From positions 17,098,795 through 17,162,794 of the forward strand of contig NC_092670.1 in assembly GCF_964355755.1 (NCBI RefSeq): a DNA stretch of 64,000 bases, given 5' to 3'. Positions within the stretch are counted from its first letter, which is position 1; every line of letters begins with the position of its first letter. Below are positions 1 to 11,549 of the stretch, one piece after another. Made by a program: the position numbers and the translations under genes. Below the pieces are notes generated by a model. It ran no database searches and had not been told where the DNA came from. It worked only from the letters and a program-made list of their open reading frames with translations. This DNA is from Antedon mediterranea. Its lineage: Eukaryota > Animalia > Echinodermata.

Positions 1-1001
1 ATAGTTTAACTACCTGGCCCATGTCACGATTTATCGCACAATTTTAGCATGGAATTTGAGCTATACTGGATGCTAAGTACATCGGTAGAGTGGTCCTACC
101 TTTGAATCAATGAAAACTAATTGCCAACAGTATCGCAAACCCCATCACGAACAGTTCCCGTTCACCCGGAACCAGTACAAATATTGCGCCCTCTCTGGCA
201 GGCCTTTTTGTTAGTTCAAGTCCATAGTATTTTTTAGTAAAACAGGTAGCAAAAGTTCCTCATGTCTTGAAGTGTCAGCTGCACCTTCCCATTTGGTTTG
301 TATGCAAGAGACCTTATTATATGAATTTAGAGATGTGGCTAGGTTATATCATGGAGGAATTTCCTCCATGGTTATATTAAATGTTAAACATCTCCATTTT
401 CATGAAACCAATGTTTATTAAAATGTTAACTCATTAGAATAAATGCCATTTTATCATTTAAAAAGTACTGAATAATAATTGCAGTTGTATAAATAATATA
501 AATAAATAAATATAAATATCTTTAAAAAAAAGTATAAAAGGGCCAGAACAAAAAGAAACATGGCAAACTTAAGTAGGTTTTTATGGCCAATATCCTGTTA
601 TTTCATGGTTTATAGGTTTCAAACTTTTACCATCATATACAGTATATATTGTTAGGGTGTTTACCAGTTCTTTCAAGTTTATTCCAGTGCCTTAATTATT
701 ACCATGTGAAGTTCATTGGAAAAAAAGTTGTTTTGGAATAATTTTTACATTTTGGGTGTTTTTCATGCAAAATCCTGAAATTAAATGATATGCATGGTAA
801 AGAGGTGAGAGACTCAACAGGTGTTTATTGGTGTTATAAGATGGTGTTAAAATAATTGATCATCCACAATACTCAGGAAGTTGATTACAATACAAAAGTG
901 ATAGAAACTCTCTGTTTACAACCGCCTAACAAAAGTTTGCACCCGTCACTTGCAACGTCATGTTGCAAAGATTATGATGTAACTCAAAGCGTGAAACTAT
1001 C

Positions 1002-1220
1002 GGCTATTTAGGGTTCCACTTGCCAGCTCAAGGCCTTTGGTAAAATGAACCAATTAATTGGTTTAATTCATCATACCTCATTTAACTATTGTTTTTTAAA
1101 TTATTGGCTATTTAGGGTTCCACTTGCCAGCTCAAGGCCGTTGGTAAAATGAACCGACAAAGCATAACAAAAGTTTAGTTTGTTTCATTTGCGTCACATC
1201 TCATTTGAATTGTTTTTTAC
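1002..1220. repeat. Short tandem duplication (~104-bp period)
   Basis: ggctatttagggttccacttgccagctcaaggcc(t/g)ttggtaaaatgaacc occurs at 1002 and 1106, with degenerate continuation. Confidence 0.8.
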
Positions 1221-2373
1221 TTATAAATTTACTGATCAATAAACTGGTGACACACAATGTATTTGCCATATATGGTCAGTGAATGGAGCTACCACTTTCA
1301 ATAAATCCTATTCAATTCAATTTTTATTTTTTGCATAAATTAAATATATACATACTTTAACTTTAGCATTTTTTAGATATTGAATCATTAAAAAGCCAAG
1401 GGGAATTACAGTTCTCGCCACCAACACCACCACCTACCACCACCAACAACACCACCACTAGTAAAATTTCATCTTTCATCACCAGTTTTTAATAACATGA
1501 CAGATCAAGTATGTGGTAGCTTAGCAGTCACTAAGATCCTTTCAATTTAAATTAATTTTAAATCATTTTTTTGGATCCAATATTTGGTAAAAGTGATGAG
1601 TAAATACTTACTAAATATGTGACATTAAAAAGTTACTATTGTCGTATTGGCATTTATTGTTTGGGAGGGTTTTTAGAGGGGCGTTTATTTTTTGGGTGTA
1701 ATATGGTAACATGTATAATCAAATAAATTTTCCCTAAAAATACAACACAATTAATATCAAGAAGATAATACAGTAACATTTCAAAATTCTTTGTCAATTG
1801 TAGATCAAGGGAATTCAATGAATTTCACTACATATTATAAATGAGTTATAATACAATACTGTGTGTATATGCATGTTGAGGGGGGGGGGGGGGGGGCTGT
1901 TTATTTAAGGAAAAAATAAAGGCCCTGGGGGATTTGAACAGGGGGGGTGGGATGCGTTTATTCATAGCGGGGCGTTTATTTTTTTTTTAAATTATTTTTT
2001 TATACTTTTCTAACATTGCACATGCTATTGCTATAGGCTAATTAAAAAACTATGAAATTTGGATATTGATTACAATTTAATCAATGTATGTATGGCACAA
2101 TTGCTAGTTGAGGTCATCAACACATTGAACAAATACCATATAAGTTTAAAATAATACTAGATTAGTATTGCCAATATTTCTCCCACGGACTTTCACACCT
2201 CTATCGTTATTAATTCAATATTGGGCTTTCCCATGCTGTTTTTTGTTTTCTTTTTATGGTTTGTTTGTGTGGAGTATCTGTACAACATTTCTTAAAAATC
2301 ATTTACATCCATATCCATATCGGACCTTTTCTATTGAACATAGGCTTCTAATGGAAATGTTCTCTAAAATCTT

Positions 2374-2497
2374 AATTACAGACTTCAAACAACTCAATGG
2401 TTTGAAGGCAAATAATACACTGAGGGCTCACTTTATAAATTACAGACTTCAAACAACTGAATGGTGTGAACGCAAATAAAACACTGAGGGCTCACTT
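2374..2497. repeat. Two-copy tandem duplication (~64 bp)
   Basis: aattacagacttcaaacaact..aatgg...aaataa.acactgagggctcactt is repeated back to back. Confidence 0.75.
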
Positions 2498-3238
2498 CCT
2501 CAATGCTCATGTTGTTTTTCAACTTCTTCCCTTATATTGTATCCCGTTGCTTTGTTATTTTGTAAAATAATAACAGAAATTTCTACTTCATTTTAAAGAA
2601 GTACACCATTTTTATTATAGTCTGTTTTATTCAATAAAACTACAATTATGATATAAACAAATTTAGCAACTTAGTTTCAGGGAAAACCCTATTTTTTTTA
2701 AAGCATAATATTGATATTCTGTTTTTGTAAATACTTAATGAGTTTGAACGACCACAGAATATGGCTGCATCATATATCACTGAATATGTAAAGTCACATG
2801 TTGCAGTTTAGAATGTCCAAATGTTCCTCGTATGCAAAAAAAAATCATTTTATAAAAAATTACATAAAAACTGTACTATACTATGCTTAAAAAATATATA
2901 CAGTATGCTCCTCTAGTGAATTATGCATTACAAGCCCTTTTTTACATCACCTATTCTTTTCATTATTGATTGACAATCAAACTCAAAGCATCAATTTGTC
3001 CTTAGTCTTGTAAGAAGCTTAACCTACATTTAACTAATTGACATGCTCATTTAATATTTATAAATTGTTGTTGTATTTATACAACATCACGATATATAAA
3101 CAAGACAATAATGTGACTTAATGAATTGTTAAAATTGAACAGAATTTGAGAAATGAATTCAAGATAGGTAGCAGTATGTTTGAAATATCATTGTTAAATT
3201 ACAATAAGGTTACATGGAAATTGAAATATACTGTATAA

Positions 3239-3577
3239 CAGGCCCGTAGCCAGAATGCATCAGAGGGGAGTTTTCTTGACAACAAGTATTTTCAAGTGCA
3301 GCGAGCAACTGTAGGCTTGGGGCCAGCTTTTGCTCTCAGAGCAATTTCGGTTGTTTTATAATCCGCTTACAGAGACACTTTTTACACACTAAAATCTGAG
3401 TTTCTTTTTTAATTCAAAAATATTTTGGGAAGGAGATGAATTTTTTCAATTTTATCCGAAAATCTGAGTTATGCAGAGAAATTATATAGTACACCACAGT
3501 ATTCTATAATTGATAATTAATTGCACGATTTTGAAAGTGGGGCCTTTGTTTTTCAAGGGGTGGTCCGCACGGGCCTG
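3239..3577. mobile_element. Degenerate non-autonomous DNA element (MITE-like)
   Basis: Short inverted termini caggcccgt...acgggcctg; near-duplicated flanks tgtataaca/tgtatgaca; similar termini at ~57597-57757. Confidence 0.4.
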
Positions 3578-3789
3578 TATGACACTGTTATAATAGATTT
3601 GTTTATTCCTCATGTATTTACTAATTTAATTTAATAATAATAATAATAATAATAATAAACCAATGTTAGAATATCCACTAAATAATTTCAAATAAAATAA
3701 TGCTATTACTGTATTAGATATACAGTATATTATATACAATATACATTATATATATTACTGTATTAGATATAAAGGGACAGAACATATTT

Positions 3790-4030
3790 TAAGAATTGGA
3801 AGTTTCAATCTATTTGATTATTTTCAAGAATCATGAGCGTGACTCATCTTTTTTTTCTTTATACAGTAATTATATATTTACAAAAGCATGAAAAGCATCA
3901 GTCACTCATTGCTTAATTGAAATATTGTCTGGCTTTTGATGACAATTTTGTAAATACTGTATGGAAAAAAATGAGTCATGTTCATGATTCTTGAAAATGG
4001 ATGAAATAGATCGAAACGCTGAATTCTCAA
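3790..4030. mobile_element. Degenerate fold-back MITE
   Basis: ~100-bp imperfect inverted arms: tttcaatctatttgattattttcaagaatcatgagcgtgactcat vs atgagtcatgttcatgattcttgaaaatggatgaaatagatcgaaa. Confidence 0.65.
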
Positions 4031-6209
4031 AACGTCTTTATTTAGAGTTATAAAGTTACACTAGTAGTATTATATGAACTGATTCCTCCACCATGGTTAA
4101 AACTTGTTATATTGCTAATGAACTGTGACAATATTCATTGACAAATATGTACTAAAGTTAATGACTTGTAATCAAGTTTTAAGAAAACAACAGCAGCATT
4201 TAATGCATATCTAATGAGCATTTTTATTTTTACCAAATTACATGATGCTGAAATCTGACAAACCTTATATTACCATGCATATTAGATTTTAACTATATTA
4301 TACAATGAAATGTTTAAATAAAACTACCTAAAATGTATTGAGATTATTGATGAATAATTTGAGAGCTATACTTCAATCCATAGAGGTTCACTATAATATA
4401 TCTATGAATATTTCTATGATCAATCCAACAAGATGCTTTTTTGGACTATTTGTTGAATAAGACGGCAAGTTTAATTGATTATATTATCAACTCTCAAGAA
4501 AATAAACCAACATTTCTGAAAGTTCTGAAATAATTTCTACTATTCTTTATGAAAACCAAGAAATCTTGTACCTGTAGAAAGTTAATTATAGCACTGTTCA
4601 GTTCTTCAAATAAAATATGGGTAATGATAGCCATGTGCCTTCCCTCCAAACCATTTTGTTTATGCTGTCCAATTTGATATTGTTTACCCTTTATACAAAA
4701 TACTTTATTTCAGTCCATTTGTCTAATAAATAGTCCTACAAACACTGTATGCTACAATAATAGCTTATTATTATATTTTTATATTTATACCATGGAGATG
4801 TAAACTTTATTTTACATCTTCCTGTTTATACAGTAATTTGTATGCTTAGTAAAAGTATAAAATGCATAGTTAAAACTTTAAATACTGATCTTTAGTTTTC
4901 TATCTATAGGAATATGCATTGCTGTGAAATATTGTGTACACATGATTTGTAAAGTACTTTTAACATTTTCTTAGACATGATTGCATCAAATATCTCTCTA
5001 TAAAGTTACATTTTGTCTACTTTGACCTCACTATCTTCTAGTTTCAGTTTCAGTTTTTATATTCTGTTACAATATTCGCTTTCTAAATATCGTACAAGGA
5101 AATCCATTCGTCCAGTTAGAATAATTCTAGAAGAAAAAAAACAAACATACATAGCAATTATTCTGATACTAATTCCAATTTAACAATATAACTGTGATAT
5201 AAATAGTACCAAAAAGTACCAAAAGTCAAATTGAGTGCGTTCATATATTTTGACATTCATGTTGTTTATGATTCCATAATGTTATTCAATTACTAACCAT
5301 ATCTAATAATACAATTTCAAGTTTAGCCAGCAGAACCAATTAATTAGTTAATTGTAGGTAAGTGAAGGTCAGATATATCTTGTTGATGAACTGAAGAAAT
5401 TAAAGTAATTTGATATTGCTCTTAATTGACTTGTGAAAATACCAGATGTGAAATATAAATTTATTGTAGGGCACGCGATGCTGTTTTTGTTTAGCCTCAC
5501 GCTGTCAGAATTAAGATTTATGCTCATAGGTATCTACTTCTAAATAGTATGTTTACCCACTTCAGTAACATTGTTATTATTTATTTTTCTGTACTGTTCA
5601 TGTTAATATTTGTTTCGAAACGTTGTTTTTTAAAACAACATTTAAAAAGCATTATTGTATGTCAATTTAAAGCAAGCAATTAATCATGGTGTACAGTAAT
5701 TATGGTGTTATAACAAATATCTCAATCTACAGTATAAAGAATGATATATAATATGAAAGTTTCTGGTTTTACAGTAGGCCTCCTATTACTTTTATTATTA
5801 TTACACAAACATTTTCTCTGTTCAGAGTTCAAACTATTGACTTTCAATTTATGTATTAGGTAATAAAAATGTAATGTTATCAAAACAGTATTTGATTGGC
5901 ACTTTTGTAATTCACACTACCATCAATAAATACAATTTTAGTTAGATCATTCATTTTGTTTGAATAAGAAAGCATATTTTAGTAATCATCCAACCAGCAA
6001 TATATATACAGTATTAGTAACAAAGGTACTAGCGAGCTTTCGTTTTAGTACGGAAGTAGTTCAGTACGGTAATTTGAACCGAAATGTGATCTACGCATGC
6101 GCAGAAATTTAAGACTCGCCGTAGCGCTAAATTTCAGAACGGTAGTGAGAAGAAATAGCGTCCTGTCTGAAACGAACATTCAGCTGTGTATTTTAATACG
6201 AAGGACACG

Positions 6210-7997
6210 ATGGAAGCAGTATCGTCAAAGGTAAAGCAGTTTAATCAGTCGTTATTTTAGCTTTATGTAATCAAACATAGACTAGGCTATAGCATATTAA
6301 ATGAATGTTCATTAATGTAGTGCTCTAGATCAGTGATGCCAAATATAAAATAAAAAAATTGGCTTAGAGATTCGGCCTAGCTAGGGCCTAGCTAGCCTAG
6401 GCTAGTAGTAGTATAATAGAGGGCAAACCAGTGGCCTAATCGAACTAACTAGCCTAGGGCCTAGCTGCGATACCCTAGCTGCTGGCATTTAGGCTATCCC
6501 TACACGGTCCTACAAATAAACACAACTTGCACAAATAGGAGGTCTAGATACGTAGGACCCCCTACTCAAAAGATGACAGAAAATGACAAGTTCAATAATA
6601 TTGATAAAAACTAGCTAATCAAATTATCTTCAATTCAATCCTGCTTTGCTTAAAACAAAGGAGTTGTTTACTTTATTAGATTTATAACAACTCCCTGCCA
6701 ATGTAGCTTAAAGTATTTATCTTATTGTCATACAATATAAGATATATGTAGATAAGCTTGTGTACATTTTATTATTTTTATCTTGATTTTTTATTTATTT
6801 TTTTTTCAAAACAGGCAGAAAAAATTAAGACAAAAAAGAGTACAAACCGGTTAGTTAGATAATTCAATAGTGCTCACTTTTTTACATTTATTTTAATATA
6901 TTATTATTATTGTAAACTTTTTTTTTGTATGCACAAAACATATAATATTATATAATAGTATGCTTTTTTCAGTCTGAAATAAATGTGTTATCAATGTCAA
7001 TCAATATTAGCATGATTAATTGTATAAAGTGGATAGTTCATTCAAGCTATATTATTTATTTTCATTTATTACTTCATTAGATTAAAAACTCCTACACTGA
7101 ATTGATGAGAAAAATATTACATTAAAAAACACTATCATAAATTATGTGATTTTATTATTTATTTCAGCATGATCTGGGACAACCAAAAGGATCAAATCCT
7201 AATAGGAGAAGTAATCTTGGCTAGACCTTTTCAGTCCAAGAAGGGCACAACTGAGCGGGGAAAGGCATGGCAGGCTGTTGCTGATGCAATGAAGGCCCGT
7301 GAATACAAAGTTGACAGGCGGGCAGTGCGAGATCGCATATCTAATTTGATGGATAAGGTGAAAGGAAAAAATAACAAAGAAAAGGCAGCCAGTGGAATTG
7401 CAGTGGAGGAGACAGATGAGGAAAAGCAAATAAGGGAAAGTATTGAAGAATTCATCCAAGAAGAGGAGGATATAGAAATGTTACCAAAGGAAAGAGGAGA
7501 TGAAGAGAAGAAAAAGGCTGATGGTGCAGAAATGAGAAAACGTGCATGTGAAACATTTGGAGAAACGCGGAAAAGGTAATACCAAATTTATGTAAAATGT
7601 AGAGGCAGATTAAAGTGTTTTTTATCCCCCTCTTCCTTAGTTTAGTTCTTATTTTTGTAAATTTATTTTTAGGCTTGATGTTGAAAGTAACACACCAAAA
7701 AGAAGGAATAGTGGGAATGACACAATCGGTATCATTCAAAAAAAAATGGAGATAGATCAGCAACTTCGAAGGGAGGAGATGGAGAGAAAAAAAGAGGAAG
7801 AAGAACGAAGGAGGGCAGAAGAAAGAGGAAGGGAAAGACGATTTGAGGCCTTCCAACAGCAACAACTGCAACAACAACAACAAATGCAGCAGCAAATACT
7901 TCAACAACAGCAACTCTTGCAACATCAAAACCAGCAAACGCAAACACTGATGATGGCATTTCTTAAGTCCATGGAAAAGAAAAACCTAGATCCTTGA
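6210..7997 (+). CDS. Harbinger accessory Myb/SANT-like DNA-binding protein, ~262 aa (exons 6210-6230, 6815-6849, 7168-7575, 7673-7997)
   Basis: GT-AG junctions join in frame. W..D..L..EV...PF..K.G..ERG.AW..VA..(V.RR.VRDR) trihelix-like motif, followed by an acidic/coiled-coil and poly-Q C-terminus. Lies inside the TIRs. Confidence 0.85.
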
Positions 7998-8663
7998 TAT
8001 ATTTTTTTATTGTGCTAATCTGTGCAATATACTTTCTACTATAGTTGTTTTTATATATATTTGTGTTTATTAATGCATGCCTTTATTTATATATACTTAT
8101 ACCATTGTTTCTTTCAATCTATTAATTATTATCTTGAATGTTTTGAATACCATTGATGCCAAAGAATATGTAGTTTAAATCAAAGAAGTTTTGTTTCTAT
8201 ATGAATGAGCATTAACAAAATATAATTAATACATGCTTTTCAATATCAATAAATAGAAACATTTATTTACCTTACGACGTTTTAACATAATACCGGTAAT
8301 TCAGCTATCACTTTAGTCACAATTACAATAATTTACATTTTAAAAATACACTAAATATTTGTTCTATTGCAGGTGTATCTTTAGTGTTGGTATGTTATAT
8401 ACAGTTAAGTGTTTAAGAGTTTTCCAGGATTTTTATTTAAACTGGAACCATTTTATTTCTTTTAATCTATTAAAGGTTCTCTTGTATTACAGTTAGATGT
8501 TTATGAATGTATATATGTATATGGTTACAATAAAAATATTTATATGAATAACTTCTTAAATTTAAATGGAAACAGTTATTTACTTTATAATTTATACAAT
8601 TTTTAATAAATTCAATATCACTTCTATCACAATTATTTACAATAATTTAGAAAAAAAATACAT

Positions 8664-10072
8664 TCATTGAAAATATTCTTCCAGCGATGGCGGTTCAAGT
8701 TCAAAATAGGCAGATGTATTGTTCTTATACACACATGTATGTGCATTTGTAAGTATTCCAGAAACAATGTACATTTTGCCACATGCACTCAATTGCACTT
8801 TCTGAGACTTCTTATAGTCTGTAAATTTAAATATATTTACAATGTCACCAAATAGCCATTCAACGCTAATTCTGACTTTGGACATTGCCGCGTTGAAGGC
8901 CACTTGTTCTGGTGTTATCCGTACCGTCAGGAAAGGTGCTTGCAATTGTGGGCGCAATGGGTACGCAGGATCACCATACACGCACAATACATTTCCCTGT
9001 GGATCATGTGATCTGGCCTCAAGCTCTGTCAACAGACCCGATTCACGAAGGAGAAATGCATCATGTCTCCTCCCTTCCACAGGTCCATATAGGTGAGCTA
9101 TGAGGCCATTGGGAGCTGTCACTGACTGGAATTTCATGGCATGGATTCTTTTGTGACCATTATACATAACTTGTTGATGCTGATTTGGTCGGCATATTGG
9201 CCTTACGGTTCCATCAACGAACCCCCAACAGTTCCTCAAAGCAGCACCCTTTGTGTGTGTTGCCTCAGCAAATTCCTGTAAATGTTGTGGGGATAACCAT
9301 GGCTGATCTAAGGATGAGATCCGATGTCTATGGATGTCGAAGATGTAGTTGGTCATCCACTTAAACGCCAAGTAAAGCTGTGGTACTGAACGTCCATAGT
9401 CCTTGATAAGATCTCCATATCTACAAGGATATGCATACCTTTGGAGTGTGATGCACAAAGCCTCAAGTCCATCAATTTTCGACTTATTCTCCAGAATTAC
9501 AGTTGGTGGCACCCCCAAAGCATGTTTCAGCCGGTAGATATCATTTTTCTGGAATCTAAGGGAAATAATAATACACAGTATATTTTAAATCTCATAATGG
9601 ATAACATACATGATACTGGACATGTTATGGGCATCATATATTAATTTAATATTTAATCAACATTTATTACTAAATAGTAGCTTCTGTAGATAGTATAGTA
9701 GCCTACTAGGGCTATACATAAAAGAAAGCAATACCTTCAAGGTATATGGAAGTATAATTGTTAGTAACCAATGTTAAATGTATTTAAGCTTTATAATGCC
9801 TTAACGTTATCTAGCCCTACCTAGTAGTAGATTATAAATTGATAAATGAAGTGCTACCCTGATTTAGCCTGATGGTCGGCTTACCTGAAATAGCTGTTGC
9901 ATTCATCATCGTTGAATTTATCCAAGTTGAATTGATATTCATCACTTTTATACTGAAAATCAGGATTACTTGGGGAATTCATACTATACAACATAATGAA
10001 TTCTTCCTCGTCCAGAACATCTGATATATAGGCAGCAACAAGAGCATCTCGTACCCTATGTAGGTTCGCCAT
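8664..10072 (-). CDS. Harbinger-type DDE transposase (HARBI1/DDE_Tnp_4-like), ~359 aa (exons 10072-9885, 9555-8664)
   Basis: Splicing gives ECNSYFR|FQKNDIYRLKHALG. Motifs LCITLQRYAYP (HTH), WGFVDGT, YNGHK, RRHD, YGDPAYP and RISVEWLFG are present. No stops or frameshifts. Confidence 0.92.
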
Positions 10073-10346
10073 GTTGTAAGATGCTGAAAGTCGAGTCAAC
10101 TGATGATGGTACCTGATACATCGCGCACATGTTCCCGTCGCGCCCGTGAACAAAACGAAACAGAAACAGACATGACGGGAACCTAGTAAATGAGTACGGT
10201 CACGGTTGGTTAAACCGGCCGTACTGCACGTTTACCGTACTAAAACGAAAGCTCGCTATTGAGTACATAGTTGAAATTTAGCTACAATTAATGTTGTTGA
10301 TACTTTTATTGCAAACAAAATTGGTTTCATATTTTATGCTTACCTA

Positions 10347-11549
10347 TTATAAAGATGATTCAATTTCCAATTTTTTCCTTCCAATGCGAGTTTCTTTGTT
10401 TTCACATTCTTCGTTGTCTGTTTCACTCTGGTTGTCACTATGTTTCACATTTTCGTCCAAAGAATCAACAAAACTGTCACACAATTGTTTTGCACTTAAT
10501 GTACTTGTGTTTGTGATTAAAGTGCGATGAAAATTATCAAGATTAACATCCATTACTCCATTTTTCTCGGAAATAACTGCTTTGAAATCATAGCCCCATT
10601 CAATCTCATTTGGTAAATAAGAAGTTCTTACTTGCGTTGTAGTACCAGTTGCCTCGACTATCCCTTCCAGAATTGCAATGATTTCAAAATCTGACTCTAA
10701 CAAAGTTTCTTTACTGTATTCATATAATGGGCTTTCTTCATTTATTTCATGAGCTATTTCAATTGGCCACACAAGAAAGATCCGGTCTAAGCCATATTCA
10801 TGCCCGATATTAATGTCAAAAACATGAAATGGTACATAACAGCCCTCTTTAGTTATGTGATGTTTCACCATCTGCAATCGAATGTGGCCTTCTACAATTG
10901 GACTTTTTCGAAGATCACCAAGTCGAAATTGAAAAATTAGTCTACCATCCTTCATTGTAATACATGCTGTTTTACTGAACATGATTGTTTTTGCTCTTAA
11001 CTTCGGACGAGAAAATTTGGCAATAAAACTACCTATAATAAAGGCCTCTAACAGGTTGGACCAAATGGTTTGAAAAACAAGAAAAAACATAGCCTCTCCG
11101 CATTCCTCGGTGGGACAACGAAAACCGTAGCCAATAGTAGTTTGTGTTTCAATGCTAAACATGAACGCAGATTTCCAGTTTTTAAAGTTACGAAAACAGG
11201 GTTTCCATTCTTGATTTTCAAGATTGTCAAAATCACCTCTATTAAATGCTATGGCATAGTAAATGCAACCAAACAAAAACCAGTTAAGAAAAAAACCAAG
11301 AATCACCATAATGAGGTTGTATCGCCATGGCATATCCACAGAAGTTGTAAACAGGTCTACAGCATATCGCCTTAAGTTTGCGCGGATTGATGGGGTAACG
11401 TTACAGTGTCCATTTTTTTCTACCAGACGTTTCCAAGTCTCTTCCTTTTTAATTGGAATAATCTGATGATGATTTGAACTAGCATGGTTCCTGTAATTTT
11501 TGGCTTCAATATGATTTCTTCCTTCACTTGAAAATCGTGTGTCTGCCAT
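10347..11549 (-). CDS. Inward-rectifier potassium channel (Kir/KCNJ family), 400 aa, single coding exon
   Basis: GHCNV, TTSVDMPWRY, pore ETQTTIGYGFRCPTEEC, M2 helix, LEGIVEATG and RTSYLPNEIEWG. Splice acceptor at ~11608 implies an upstream UTR exon. Minus-strand AATAAA at 10310-10305. Confidence 0.95.
   Translation of the reverse strand: MADTRFSSEGRNHIEAKNYRNHASSNHHQIIPIKKEETWKRLVEKNGHCNVTPSIRANLRRYAVDLFTTSVDMPWRYNLIMVILGFFLNWFLFGCIYYAIAFNRGDFDNLENQEWKPCFRNFKNWKSAFMFSIETQTTIGYGFRCPTEECGEAMFFLVFQTIWSNLLEAFIIGSFIAKFSRPKLRAKTIMFSKTACITMKDGRLIFQFRLGDLRKSPIVEGHIRLQMVKHHITKEGCYVPFHVFDINIGHEYGLDRIFLVWPIEIAHEINEESPLYEYSKETLLESDFEIIAILEGIVEATGTTTQVRTSYLPNEIEWGYDFKAVISEKNGVMDVNLDNFHRTLITNTSTLSAKQLCDSFVDSLDENVKHSDNQSETDNEECENKETRIGRKKLEIESSL

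Larger units (their letters stand above)
6031..10257. mobile_element. Autonomous PIF/Harbinger-superfamily (PHIS) DNA transposon, 4227 bp
   Basis: Perfect 23-bp TIR agcgagctttcgttttagtacgg at 6031-6053 and 10235-10257, extending imperfectly to 39 bp (second cagtacgg in register). Flanks ACT / ATT. Contains a DDE transposase and a Myb/SANT-like gene. Confidence 0.93.

Noticed and set aside
2168-2479. 103-aa ORF
   Set aside because: Non-ATG start, no domain signature, and it overlaps a local tandem duplication.
7199-9103. Antisense ORFs over the transposon genes (also over Kir, SUN and ZNF exons)
   Set aside because: Shadow frames of real coding exons with no recognisable motifs.
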